From an uncultured Dehalococcoidaceae bacterium (lineage in GTDB: Bacteria > Chloroflexota > Dehalococcoidia > Dehalococcoidales > RBG-16-60-22), in the NCBI GenBank assembly GCA_964615345.1, contig CAZTMR010000003.1, positions 3,322 to 66,295 of the forward strand: a DNA stretch of 62,974 nt. The letters are read 5' to 3'. Each line of letters opens with the position of its first letter. Position 1 is the stretch's first letter. Of this stretch, positions 19,656 through 30,317 are shown one piece after another. The position numbers were made by a program, and so were the translations under genes. A model generated the notes under the pieces. That model saw only the letters and a program-made list of their open reading frames with translations. It had not been told where the DNA came from and ran no database searches.

Positions 19656-20048
19656 CTAGAAAAGCCGCCAGTCCCGCAATCCCTCCTGTATGACCTCCAG
19701 GTATTCCGGAGACGGCTTTGTTTCTTCCAGCTGACCGGCCCTGATGTAGGTTATCGCTTCCAGAGGCTCACTATCCTCGCCGAAAACAGTGACTTTCAAG
19801 CGGTTGTAGCCTTCCTCAAACCGGTCCAGCCGTTTCAAACAGGTCTCGGACACCTCATAAATGGCGCCCCGGACCCTGTCCCCCCGGAAAGGCCTGATGC
19901 TGGCAACGCCGCCACGCCATTTCCGGGACCAGCCGCCAAACACCAGCTTGTAGTTGGGCAAGGTGGCCACGAACAAGGGCTTGCTGTCCGGGCAGCGTTC
20001 TTTCATCCTTTTCTGGTTCAGGTTCAAAGCGTAGGCAAAATAATACAC
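19656..20048 (-). CDS. Gamma-glutamylcyclotransferase (AIG2/GGCT-like)
   Basis: YFAYALNLN...GAIYEV...LDRFEG-type motifs. GTG start. Confidence 0.8.
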   Translation of the reverse strand: MYYFAYALNLNQKRMKERCPDSKPLFVATLPNYKLVFGGWSRKWRGGVASIRPFRGDRVRGAIYEVSETCLKRLDRFEEGYNRLKVTVFGEDSEPLEAITYIRAGQLEETKPSPEYLEVIQEGLRDWRLF

Positions 20049-20125
20049 GCGCCCACCTTCCCACCGGCGATAACCGGCTCCGGTTTTCCGGGAGATAAAC
20101 TGTGGTAATAACGGCCGGGCAACTG

Positions 20126-20248
20126 CTAGCCGATTTTCTCCATATCCTCGCCGCAGCAGACCAGCGTGCCGCCGCCGACAACCGTCACCGTTACTTCATT
20201 ACCGCAAACGTTGCAGCGGTATTTTTCCCCTACTTTCTCTACGGCCAT
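20126..20248 (-). CDS. Desulforedoxin (40 aa, Cys4 Fe centre), not in ORF track
   Basis: Hand translation gives [40 protein letters not shown]. This matches the desulforedoxin signature Y.C..CG..V.V...[17 protein letters not shown] lies 7 nt upstream of ATG 20248. Confidence 0.85.
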   Translation of the reverse strand: MAVEKVGEKYRCNVCGNEVTVTVVGGGTLVCCGEDMEKIG

Positions 20249-20355
20249 CAAGGCACCTCCTCATTTCTCCTGCCGGTGCCGGAAATTCTTCTCCGGGTAT
20301 TTAGATTAAAGCATTTAGCGCAATGAGGAGTCAAGGCAGGACGGCGGCTTTCTGA

Positions 20356-22092
<1,737 letters not shown>

Positions 22093-22383
22093 AACCACCT
22101 GCATACTTTACAACCCTGACGGTTTTATTCGCCTCCGGCTGTTCCGTGCTTGCCTCACCCCCGGCTCTTCTCCAGCCGGTGACGGGGGCGGGAGACGCCT
22201 GCTCCCGCCCGGAGAGGGGAATACGGGGGCGAGCGTGAAAAGCAAACAGAACACCCGGAGGCCAGCTTGACAGAGCACCGAAAAAGGTGTAAAGGTGTAA
22301 TATAATGGTGTTTTTTGGTCCGGGTACGGGCGGATAATGGACATACCGTTACTGCCCGCAGAGAGGTACGGGAAAGCAGCGAC

Positions 22384-23673
22384 ATGGATAACGTAATGGC
22401 CCTGATTCTGGCCGGAGGAATGGGAGAGCGGCTGGGGATTCTGGCTTACGAAAGAACCAAGCCGGCGATTCCCTTTGCCGGCAAGTACCGCATTATCGAT
22501 TTCACCCTCAGTAACTGTGTCAATTCCGGAATTCACAACGTAGCCGTCTTTACCCAGTATCAGCCCCGTTCCCTGGCTGACCACATCAGCATCGGCATGC
22601 AGTGGGGATTCCTGGCGCTGCCGGACCGGAAGATACAGCTGCTGCAACCTTATCTGGCCCGCGAGGAGGGCCGGGACTGGTACAAGGGAACCGCTGACGC
22701 CGTTTACCAGAACATGCAGTACGTGGAGGAGCAGGATGTGGAGACGGTGGTTATCCTCAGCGGTGACCACATATACAAAATGGACTATTCCGATATGATT
22801 GAGTTTCACCACAAAAACAAGGCGGACGCCACGCTGGCGGTTACCCGTCTGCCGAGAGAAGAGCTGGCGGAGTTCGGGACGGTAGGGGTAGACCCGGAGG
22901 GCCAGGTGGTCCACTTTGAAGAGAAGGTGAAAGAGCCAAAAAGCGACCTGGTATCCATGGGGGTTTACTGCTTCCAGAAAGACTTTCTCTTCTCCTGCCT
23001 GGAGGAAGACGCCCAGCGCCGGTCTTCAAAACACGATTTCGGGCGGAACATCTTTCCGCAGCTGGTGGGCAACTGCCGCCTGTTTGCCTATAACTTCGGG
23101 GGCTACTGGCGGGACGTGGGCAACATCCGTAGCTACTGGGAGGCCAACATGAGGCTGCTGGACACGTCAGCGCCGCTGATGTTTACCGGGGACTGGCCAA
23201 TCCGCACCCGGGAGGAAGAGCACCGGCCGCCGGCTCTGGTTTCCCGCCGCGGCGATGTTCTCAACAGTATGATATCTCACGGTTGCATCATAGAGGGGCG
23301 CGTGGAGCACTCCGTTCTATCGCCGGGGGTCAGGGTAGCGGAAAATGCCTTGGTGAAAAACTCGGTAGTTATGGCGGATACGGTTATCGGGCGGGACAGC
23401 GTTATCGATTGCTCGATACTGGATAAAGATGTAATCGTTGACGTTGGCTGTCATATCGGCTTCGGCAATGATTTTCAACCGAACCGGGAGCAGCCGAGAA
23501 TACTGAGCACCGGCATCACGGTGGTGGGTAAGTCAGCCAAAATACCGTCCGGGACAACAATCGGGCGCAATTGCGCTATTGACAGTAACGTCACGGAGAA
23601 AGATTTCCGCAATGACAGAATTTCCAGCGGCGAAACGGTCAAGCCGAAACGCCAGCGGACGGCGAGAAAATAA
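22384..23673 (+). CDS. glgC: Glucose-1-phosphate adenylyltransferase
   Basis: ALILAGGMGERLGILAYERTKPAIPFAGKYRIIDFTLSNCVNSGI, with a C-terminal left-handed beta-helix region. The start at MDNVMA (22384) is preferred over 22315. Confidence 0.9.
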   Translation: MDNVMALILAGGMGERLGILAYERTKPAIPFAGKYRIIDFTLSNCVNSGIHNVAVFTQYQPRSLADHISIGMQWGFLALPDRKIQLLQPYLAREEGRDWYKGTADAVYQNMQYVEEQDVETVVILSGDHIYKMDYSDMIEFHHKNKADATLAVTRLPREELAEFGTVGVDPEGQVVHFEEKVKEPKSDLVSMGVYCFQKDFLFSCLEEDAQRRSSKHDFGRNIFPQLVGNCRLFAYNFGGYWRDVGNIRSYWEANMRLLDTSAPLMFTGDWPIRTREEEHRPPALVSRRGDVLNSMISHGCIIEGRVEHSVLSPGVRVAENALVKNSVVMADTVIGRDSVIDCSILDKDVIVDVGCHIGFGNDFQPNREQPRILSTGITVVGKSAKIPSGTTIGRNCAIDSNVTEKDFRNDRISSGETVKPKRQRTARK

Positions 23674-23736
23674 GGTAACGGGCAGCAAGCGATACAGGCT
23701 GGTTCATAATATTGGTTAAGCGGGGGAAAGGATATA

Positions 23737-24783
23737 ATGTCAGAACTCAGGCAGGACCCGACGAGCCGGGAATGGGTGATACTGGCCCCGGAGAGGGCCA
23801 AGCGCCCCCAGCAAAAAGCTAGGAAAAGACCGCCGGTTAAACTGCCCGAGTGGGAACCTACCTGCCCCTTTTGCCGGGGCAATGAAAGCCAGACTCCGGA
23901 AGAGGTGTTCCGCATACCGGCCACCAGCCAGGGGCCAGACTGGGAAGTAAGGGTGGTGCCGAACCGGTTTGCAGCGTTGACGCCGGGGGAGGATATTAGC
24001 CGGAAGAGAAACGGGCACTTTTTCCATAAAATGAACGGCACCGGGGTACATGAAGTAATCATTGAAAACCCGAGCCATAATGCCAGTATGGCACTAATGA
24101 CGTACGAACACGTGGAAAAAATACTGGTCACCTACCAGGAAAGATACAACGACCTGAAAAGAGACCGGCTGCTCAAATTCATCACCATCTTCAAGAACCA
24201 CGGCTGGGCGTCAGGGACTTCCCTGGTGCACCCGCATTCCCAGCTGGTGGGCACACCCATCATGGCTCCCCATTACCACCGGAAGTTTGACGTGGCGCAT
24301 GACTACAATGCGGACACGGGCAGCTGTCTCTACTGTGACTTGCTCGCTCAGGAAATCGAGGAGGGAAAAAGGATAGTGGCCGAGACCAGAGAATTCGCCG
24401 TCTTCCACCCCTTTGCCTCCCGGGTGCCTTTCGAGACCTGGATTATCCCCAAGGAGCATTGCGCTTCCTTCGGCCTCTTTCCGGTGGAGCAGCTCACCGA
24501 CCTGGCCCGGATACTGAAGGATACCCTTTTCTGTCTGTACGAGGAGCTCAATGACCCGGCGTTCAACCTGATGGTGGACACCTCTACCACGGAAGACGAA
24601 GAGGACCCCTACTATCACTGGCACATCCGGATAGTACCCCGCGTATCCACCCTGGCCGGGTTTGAAATGGGGTCTGGTATTTATGTAAACTCGTCCCTGC
24701 CGGAAGAAACGGCCGTTTCCGCGCGCCAGTGCGCCGAGTCCTGCATGCGCACCGGGCAGGTCTCGTCCGAAATGAAGTCTTGA
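23737..24783 (+). CDS. GalT-family (HIT superfamily) hexose-1-phosphate nucleotidyltransferase / ADP-glucose phosphorylase-like
   Basis: RQDPTSREWVILAPERAKRP, CPFCRGNE zinc motif, and HPHSQL histidine triad-like active site. Confidence 0.8.
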   Translation: MSELRQDPTSREWVILAPERAKRPQQKARKRPPVKLPEWEPTCPFCRGNESQTPEEVFRIPATSQGPDWEVRVVPNRFAALTPGEDISRKRNGHFFHKMNGTGVHEVIIENPSHNASMALMTYEHVEKILVTYQERYNDLKRDRLLKFITIFKNHGWASGTSLVHPHSQLVGTPIMAPHYHRKFDVAHDYNADTGSCLYCDLLAQEIEEGKRIVAETREFAVFHPFASRVPFETWIIPKEHCASFGLFPVEQLTDLARILKDTLFCLYEELNDPAFNLMVDTSTTEDEEDPYYHWHIRIVPRVSTLAGFEMGSGIYVNSSLPEETAVSARQCAESCMRTGQVSSEMKS

Positions 24784-24815
24784 GACGAGGGCACGGTTGC
24801 GGGGAATGTTTTTGC

Positions 24816-25628
24816 CTAGCTTTTCCCGGCGGGCACGGTCTGCACCAGCCAGCCCAGGAAAGCTTCCACTTCACTCACTCCCCTGAGGACGAGGTCAACG
24901 TTCTCCGCCACGTCAGGGGGGGTTTCCGCACCGATAACCCCCAGCGCCAGGCCGTGAAACCGGGGGCCGCGTGACAGCTCGCGCATGACATTGAAGGCGC
25001 CGATGTCCGCCACGTCGTCACCCATATAGACCGCCGATTTGAGGTTGTAGCTTTCAATGAGTTCCTTGAGCACGGAGCCCTTGCTGATTTCCAGCGGCGG
25101 CCTGAGCTCGATGACCGCCCTGGCTTTATCGATATGGAACGGCTGCGCCGCCGGGGAGCGGCTTATTTCCTGGAGGATGGTCTCCCGCACCTTTTCCCGG
25201 TCGGGCAGGGTGCGGTAGTGGAAGACGAGGCCGGCGCCTTTATCTTCAAAGCTGACGCCCATCGGCTTGAGGACCGGCCCCAGCTCCGCAATTACCGCCT
25301 GGATTTTGGCCACGTAAGGCTGCACTTCCGGCCTGACTTCCAGTTTCCCGTTAACCCATCTCTCCAGGCCGTGGTTGCCGTTATAGACCACCCCTTCCAC
25401 TCCCACCAGTTCCCGCAACACTTTAATCAGCCTGCCGGAGATGGCCGAGACCAGCGGCAGGCGCGGCACCAAGCAGGCCAGGTGCTCCTTTACCGCGGGG
25501 GTTGTTTTCACCTCTTCCGCAGTGGGGGCAATCTCGGCGATGGTGCCATCGACGTCAAAGACAAGCCCGAAGGGGCCGTCAAGCACCACTTCCCTTACCC
25601 GGTCCAGATTATCAAAGAGATAGTCCAT
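24816..25628 (-). CDS. otsB: HAD-IIB phosphatase, trehalose-6-phosphate phosphatase-like
   Basis: FDVDGTIAEI motif I, SGR motif II, and YMGDDVADIGAF motif IV. Confidence 0.75.
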   Translation of the reverse strand: MDYLFDNLDRVREVVLDGPFGLVFDVDGTIAEIAPTAEEVKTTPAVKEHLACLVPRLPLVSAISGRLIKVLRELVGVEGVVYNGNHGLERWVNGKLEVRPEVQPYVAKIQAVIAELGPVLKPMGVSFEDKGAGLVFHYRTLPDREKVRETILQEISRSPAAQPFHIDKARAVIELRPPLEISKGSVLKELIESYNLKSAVYMGDDVADIGAFNVMRELSRGPRFHGLALGVIGAETPPDVAENVDLVLRGVSEVEAFLGWLVQTVPAGKS

Positions 25629-25725
25629 TCTTTACCTCACTTTCCAGATATCCCGGTATTGGTTCCGGCCCGGCCGGGGCTACCAGAACATTGTAAGCAT
25701 TTTATCGGGACAAGTAAATAACGTC

Positions 25726-25755
25726 TTGCCAAAATGAAACAACCTCTGTTATAAT
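25726..25755 (+). promoter_or_regulatory. Candidate promoter with extended -10 (TGTTATAAT)
   Basis: TTGCCA 25726-25731, 18-nt spacer, TGT+TATAAT 25747-25755, about 30 nt upstream of the GT2 start. Confidence 0.5.
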
Positions 25756-25785
25756 CCACCAGCGATACGGCACAGGGGGTGTTCC

Positions 25786-27504
25786 ATGGAAAGTACTCCG
25801 CAGTCCAAACGGCAACGAGGCACTCCGGCTCCCGACCTGATTTCCAAGCGCAGCACGATGTACGCGCTGATACTGGCGGTCTGGGCGGTCTCCATCGTCC
25901 TGCTTGCCGTGCACGCCGTTTCACTTTACGGCACCCCGGCGTCAGCCGGAAGCTGGGTACTGGTCATCCTGGCGGCGGTCTGCATGGCCGTTTTCTGGTA
26001 TTATGCACTTTACCACTGGGGGCTGGTGCTTTTCCGGCGGATAAGCAAACTGAAGCCGCAAGAAGAGCTGGAAAGAGAAAGAGAGGCCGCGGGTGATTTT
26101 CCCCACATCGCGGTGCTGTATACCACGGTGGATGATTTCCGCCACAATGCCGCGCTGAGCTGCGTCAAGCAGGATTACCCCAATTTTCACGTCTTCCTGA
26201 TTGACGTGAGCCAGGGACAGGAAGGCCGGGACCGGGTGGACGAGTTTCACAAGCAGTTTCCCGAGAAGACCACCATCGTCCGGCGGGAAAAGCTGGAAGG
26301 GTTCAAGGCACGCAGCCTGAACCTGGCCCTGGCCAACCAGGCCAAGGGGTACGAGTTCTTCGCGCTGTGCGATGCCGACGGGATTCTGGCGAGCGATTTT
26401 CTGAAAAAGACTTCTTTCTACATCCGGCAGGACGAGCGGATAGGTTTCGTCCAGGCCAACCATGACAGCGGCTCCAGCACCCGGAACGCGTTCACCGAGC
26501 ATTTCCTGGCCGAGACCAGGATCCGCTGGGAACACAACAATGTGCCGCGGAACCATTACGGTTTCCCGCTCATGCTGGGACACGGCGTACTGGTACGCAC
26601 CGAGGCCCACACGAAGGCGGGCGGGTTCCCGGAAGTGGTGGCCGAGGACGTGGCTTTTACCATCGCCATGCGTGAGGCCGGCTATACCGGTTTCTTTGCC
26701 GAGGATATCGTCTGCAGCGAGGGCGTCCCGGAAGATTACGGACAGCTGCGGAAGCGTACCTACCGAATGACCACGGCGGACACGGAGACGTTCGCCCAGC
26801 ATACGGTGGCATTTATCCGGTCGGCTTCGGCCTCTTTCGCCGAGAAGTGGGACATCACTACCCACACCCTGAGGCGGACGGCCACATCCCTGTTTCTGCC
26901 CTACCTTTTGTTGCTACTGGCGGTCTCTTTTTTCTCGACGCGCCCCATGGCGGTCACCGGCTGGGGGCTGGCCGTTTTCGGCTGGCTGGCGCTACTCAGC
27001 GCTCTGGCCCGGGTTATCGTCAGCCGCTACCGCACGCCGTTCCAGATGTTCCGGCACCTGAGCCAGGTAACCTGCGTCTACGTCTCTTTCTACCTGCACA
27101 CCTTTGTCTCCATCCTGGCGCTTATCATCGCCGGCCGGGCCCACTTTATCGTGACGGGGGCGAGCGCCAAGGAAAAAGGTCAGGCCAAGCTGGGGTTCCG
27201 GCAGAGGGTTTCTCGCCTGAACCCGAACAGCACGGTCATGCTGAGCACCGCTTTTGTGCTGAGCCTGATACTGCTGGGCCTGGGCGCGGTTACCCTGAAC
27301 CTGGCGCTGATGGGGCTGGCGCTGGCCTTTTTCTCCCCTCTAATCCAGGGGAAAGCGGGCTGGGACAAGAAGCCGGCGGAGGCGACGGCGTGGCTGGCAC
27401 TGTTACTCGTTTTTGCCGGGGCGGTGCTGGGACCGCTGGGAGTCATCGGGCCCAACTGGCAGTACCTGGTGCCGGTGGGTTTTTCGGTGATGATACGCAC
27501 CTAG
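25786..27504 (+). CDS. Membrane-embedded family-2 glycosyltransferase (processive synthase-like)
   Basis: N-terminal TMs, GT2 core (VLYTTVDDF, CDADG, VQANH), TRIRW resembling the QxxRW motif, and several C-terminal TMs. Confidence 0.85.
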   Translation: MESTPQSKRQRGTPAPDLISKRSTMYALILAVWAVSIVLLAVHAVSLYGTPASAGSWVLVILAAVCMAVFWYYALYHWGLVLFRRISKLKPQEELEREREAAGDFPHIAVLYTTVDDFRHNAALSCVKQDYPNFHVFLIDVSQGQEGRDRVDEFHKQFPEKTTIVRREKLEGFKARSLNLALANQAKGYEFFALCDADGILASDFLKKTSFYIRQDERIGFVQANHDSGSSTRNAFTEHFLAETRIRWEHNNVPRNHYGFPLMLGHGVLVRTEAHTKAGGFPEVVAEDVAFTIAMREAGYTGFFAEDIVCSEGVPEDYGQLRKRTYRMTTADTETFAQHTVAFIRSASASFAEKWDITTHTLRRTATSLFLPYLLLLLAVSFFSTRPMAVTGWGLAVFGWLALLSALARVIVSRYRTPFQMFRHLSQVTCVYVSFYLHTFVSILALIIAGRAHFIVTGASAKEKGQAKLGFRQRVSRLNPNSTVMLSTAFVLSLILLGLGAVTLNLALMGLALAFFSPLIQGKAGWDKKPAEATAWLALLLVFAGAVLGPLGVIGPNWQYLVPVGFSVMIRT

Positions 27505-27540
27505 AGTGACGGGAAAAGCATAAGCGGCCCCGGCTGCGGT

Positions 27541-30252
27541 CTACTGCCGGCGCTCTCTTAGCGGCCGCCACCGGCCGATGGAAAAGAGCCGCGGGAAAAA
27601 GACTTTCCGTGTTTCCTCGATGACGAAAAGGCTGCCTCCGGCCAGAAGGGCAATTCCCCACCGGTCAATCCCCAGAGGTACGGTGCCGAAGGCTACCTGC
27701 ATGAAGGGAGCGTAAACCACCACCATCTGAAGCGCGATGGCCAGCGATATCGTCATCAGCAGCCAGCGGTTACTGAAGACGCCCAGCTTGAATATATGGT
27801 ATTCGTCAGAGCGGGCGTTGAAGGCGCGGAACCACTCGAAGGCAACCATCGAGCAGAAGGCCAGGGTGCGGGCTTCTTCCAGGCCCATTCTTGCCTGTGC
27901 CCAGTTGAAAATGAGGAATATGCCGACCCCCATCAGGCCCGCCAGGAAGAAAATGCGCAGCACCAGCCCCGGAAAGATGAGCCCCACGCGGGGGTGACGC
28001 GGCGGCTGCCTGAGCTCGTCACCTACCTTCGGTTCCAGCCCCAGGGGGATGGCGGCAGCGGTATCCGTGACCAGATTTACCCAGATAATCTGCACCGCCA
28101 GCAGCGGCGCCTTGCCGATAAAAAAGATGGTCAGCAGCAGGGCCAGCAGCTCTCCCAGGTTGGTACTGAGCAGGAAAAAAACCACCTTGCGCAATCGATT
28201 AAAGATGGCCCGGCCCTCTTCCACGGCGGCTACCACCGAGGTAAAGTTATCATCCGCCAGCACCATGTCCGAGCTTTCCTTGGAGACGTCCGTGCCGGTG
28301 ATGCCCATGGCGATGCCGATATCGGCCGCCTTCAGCGCCGGGGCGTCGTTGACCCCGTCCCCGGTCATCGCTACCACGTGTCCGCGGCTCTTGAGGGCAT
28401 TGACTATTCTCAGCTTGTGCAGGGGCTCGATGCGGGCGAAGACGGAGATATCCTCTATCTGCGCGGAGAGCTCTTCGTCACTCATCTCTTTCAGGTCAGC
28501 GCTGGTAACCGTTTTCCCGGCCGGCAGGTTCAGCCGGCGGCCGATGGCCTCCGCGGTGATCTTATGGTCGCCGGTAATCATCACCACCCGGATACCGGCC
28601 TGCTGGCTCAGCCGCACCGCTTCCCGGACCTCATCGCGGGGCGGGTCAGCCATTCCAAGCAGCCCGGCAAAGACCAGTTTTCCCGGGATATCCTGGTCAC
28701 GCAACTCCTCAACGTCCGGGGGGAGTTCGAAATAAGCGGTGGCGATGACTCTCAGCGCCTGTTCCGCCATGGCGGTGTTCGCCTCCATGATGGCGGCAGT
28801 ATCTTTTTCCTCGAGCGGCACCACGTTATCCCCTTGCAGACGGTACTGGCTCAGGGAGATAATTTTTTCCGCGGCGCCTTTAACGTAAATCACCCTGCCC
28901 CCGTCACGGGAGTGAAGGGTGGCCATATACTGCTTTTCGCTCTGGAAGGGGACCTCGTCAAGTCTGGGGGAAGTTTTTTCCAGCTTTTCCTTGTTCATTC
29001 CCGCCTTGGCGGCGGCCACCAGCAGGGCGCCCTCCGTAGGGTCGCCAAAGATGTCACAGCAATCGTCTTTCTCTCCGGTGAAAAGGGCGTCATTGCAGAG
29101 AGCGCCTATTCTCAAGAGAGTGGTCAGGGCGGGTTCATCTGCGGGGTTGATTTCCCGGCCGTCACGGCGGAACTTTCCCTCCGGGCGGTAACCCTCTCCG
29201 GTAACCTCCAGCCAGCGCCCGTCAACGTAGATGCGCTGCACCGTCATCTCGTTCAGGGTCAGGGTGCCGGTCTTATCCGAGCAGATAACCGTAGCCGCGC
29301 CCAGGGTCTCCACCGCCACCAGCTTGCGGATGATGGCGTTACGCCGGGCCATCATCCGCATCCCAATCGCCAGCACCACGGTAACCACCGCGGGCAGGCC
29401 TTCCGGTATGGCGGAAACGGCGGCGGCCACGGCCAGCAGGAACACTTCCAGCCATTCCAGTCCCCGGACCAGGCCGATTACAATGAGGAGAGCCACGATG
29501 GACAGGAAAAGGGCCACGATATAACGGCTCAGCTTGCTGATGTTTTTCTGGAGGGGGGTGCGCTGCTGCTCTATTCCCTGGATGGCGGTGGCAATCTGGC
29601 CGATGTCCGTGGACATCCCGGTGCGTACCGCCAGCGCGTTGGCCCGGCCGTAAGTGACGATGGTGCCCATATGCACCATGTTTTTTCTTTCCGCGAGCGG
29701 AGTTTCTTCCGGCACGGGATCAGTACGTTTGTCCACCGGCATCGATTCGCCGGTGAGCATAGCCTCATTCACTTTCAGGTTGGAAACTTCAATGAGGCGG
29801 CAGTCAGCCGGCACCCGGTCCCCGGTTTCGAGGAGGAGGACGTCTCCGGGCACAATCTCCCGGGCGGGGACCTGCTTTAACTTACCTCCGCGCCGAACCG
29901 TGGCTTTGGGGGCGGCGAGCTGAATGAGGGATTCCATGGCTTTTTCCGCCCGGGATTCCTGGACGAAGCCGATGACGGCATTGAGGACAAGCACGCCCAT
30001 AATCACGCCGGCATCGATAAAGTGTCCGACGACGACCGAGATTACCGCCGCCGCCAGCAGGACATAGATGAGCGGGCTGAGGAACTGCTTGAGGAAGACG
30101 ATTATCGCCGGGGTCTTTTTCCTGCCGGCGAGCTCGTTAGGGCCGTACTGGCCCAGCCGGTCACGGGCGGCATCGTCAGCCAGGCCGGAGCGGGCAGAGC
30201 CGAGCGCCTGCAGGGCTTCTTCGATGCTGATACTGTGCCAGCGTTTATCCAT
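27541..30252 (-). CDS. Cation-transporting P-type ATPase (P2/Ca2+-type)
   Basis: DKTGTLT phosphorylation site, TGES, MITGDH, TGDGVNDAPALK, and 10 TM pattern. ATG 30252 (MDKRWHS) is preferred over 30285. Confidence 0.95.
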   Translation of the reverse strand: MDKRWHSISIEEALQALGSARSGLADDAARDRLGQYGPNELAGRKKTPAIIVFLKQFLSPLIYVLLAAAVISVVVGHFIDAGVIMGVLVLNAVIGFVQESRAEKAMESLIQLAAPKATVRRGGKLKQVPAREIVPGDVLLLETGDRVPADCRLIEVSNLKVNEAMLTGESMPVDKRTDPVPEETPLAERKNMVHMGTIVTYGRANALAVRTGMSTDIGQIATAIQGIEQQRTPLQKNISKLSRYIVALFLSIVALLIVIGLVRGLEWLEVFLLAVAAAVSAIPEGLPAVVTVVLAIGMRMMARRNAIIRKLVAVETLGAATVICSDKTGTLTLNEMTVQRIYVDGRWLEVTGEGYRPEGKFRRDGREINPADEPALTTLLRIGALCNDALFTGEKDDCCDIFGDPTEGALLVAAAKAGMNKEKLEKTSPRLDEVPFQSEKQYMATLHSRDGGRVIYVKGAAEKIISLSQYRLQGDNVVPLEEKDTAAIMEANTAMAEQALRVIATAYFELPPDVEELRDQDIPGKLVFAGLLGMADPPRDEVREAVRLSQQAGIRVVMITGDHKITAEAIGRRLNLPAGKTVTSADLKEMSDEELSAQIEDISVFARIEPLHKLRIVNALKSRGHVVAMTGDGVNDAPALKAADIGIAMGITGTDVSKESSDMVLADDNFTSVVAAVEEGRAIFNRLRKVVFFLLSTNLGELLALLLTIFFIGKAPLLAVQIIWVNLVTDTAAAIPLGLEPKVGDELRQPPRHPRVGLIFPGLVLRIFFLAGLMGVGIFLIFNWAQARMGLEEARTLAFCSMVAFEWFRAFNARSDEYHIFKLGVFSNRWLLMTISLAIALQMVVVYAPFMQVAFGTVPLGIDRWGIALLAGGSLFVIEETRKVFFPRLFSIGRWRPLRERRQ

Positions 30253-30317
30253 AGCGCAAATATAACCTATCACCGAAGGCGGCACAGGAAGGGGAGAGTA
30301 ATTGCCGTCTCGCTTTC

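Noticed and set aside
22267-22306. TTGACA (22267) paired with TATAAT (22301) as a glgC promoter.
   Set aside because: The spacer is 28 nt, far outside the 16-19 nt range. Only the -10 element and the tandem repeat are retained as observations.
27796-29880. 694-aa ORF on the plus strand, antisense to the P-type ATPase gene.
   Set aside because: It lies entirely antisense to a gene with unmistakable P-type ATPase motifs. Its translation is low-complexity (G/R/H/Q/P-rich) with no recognisable domain. Long antisense ORFs are expected in high-GC DNA.
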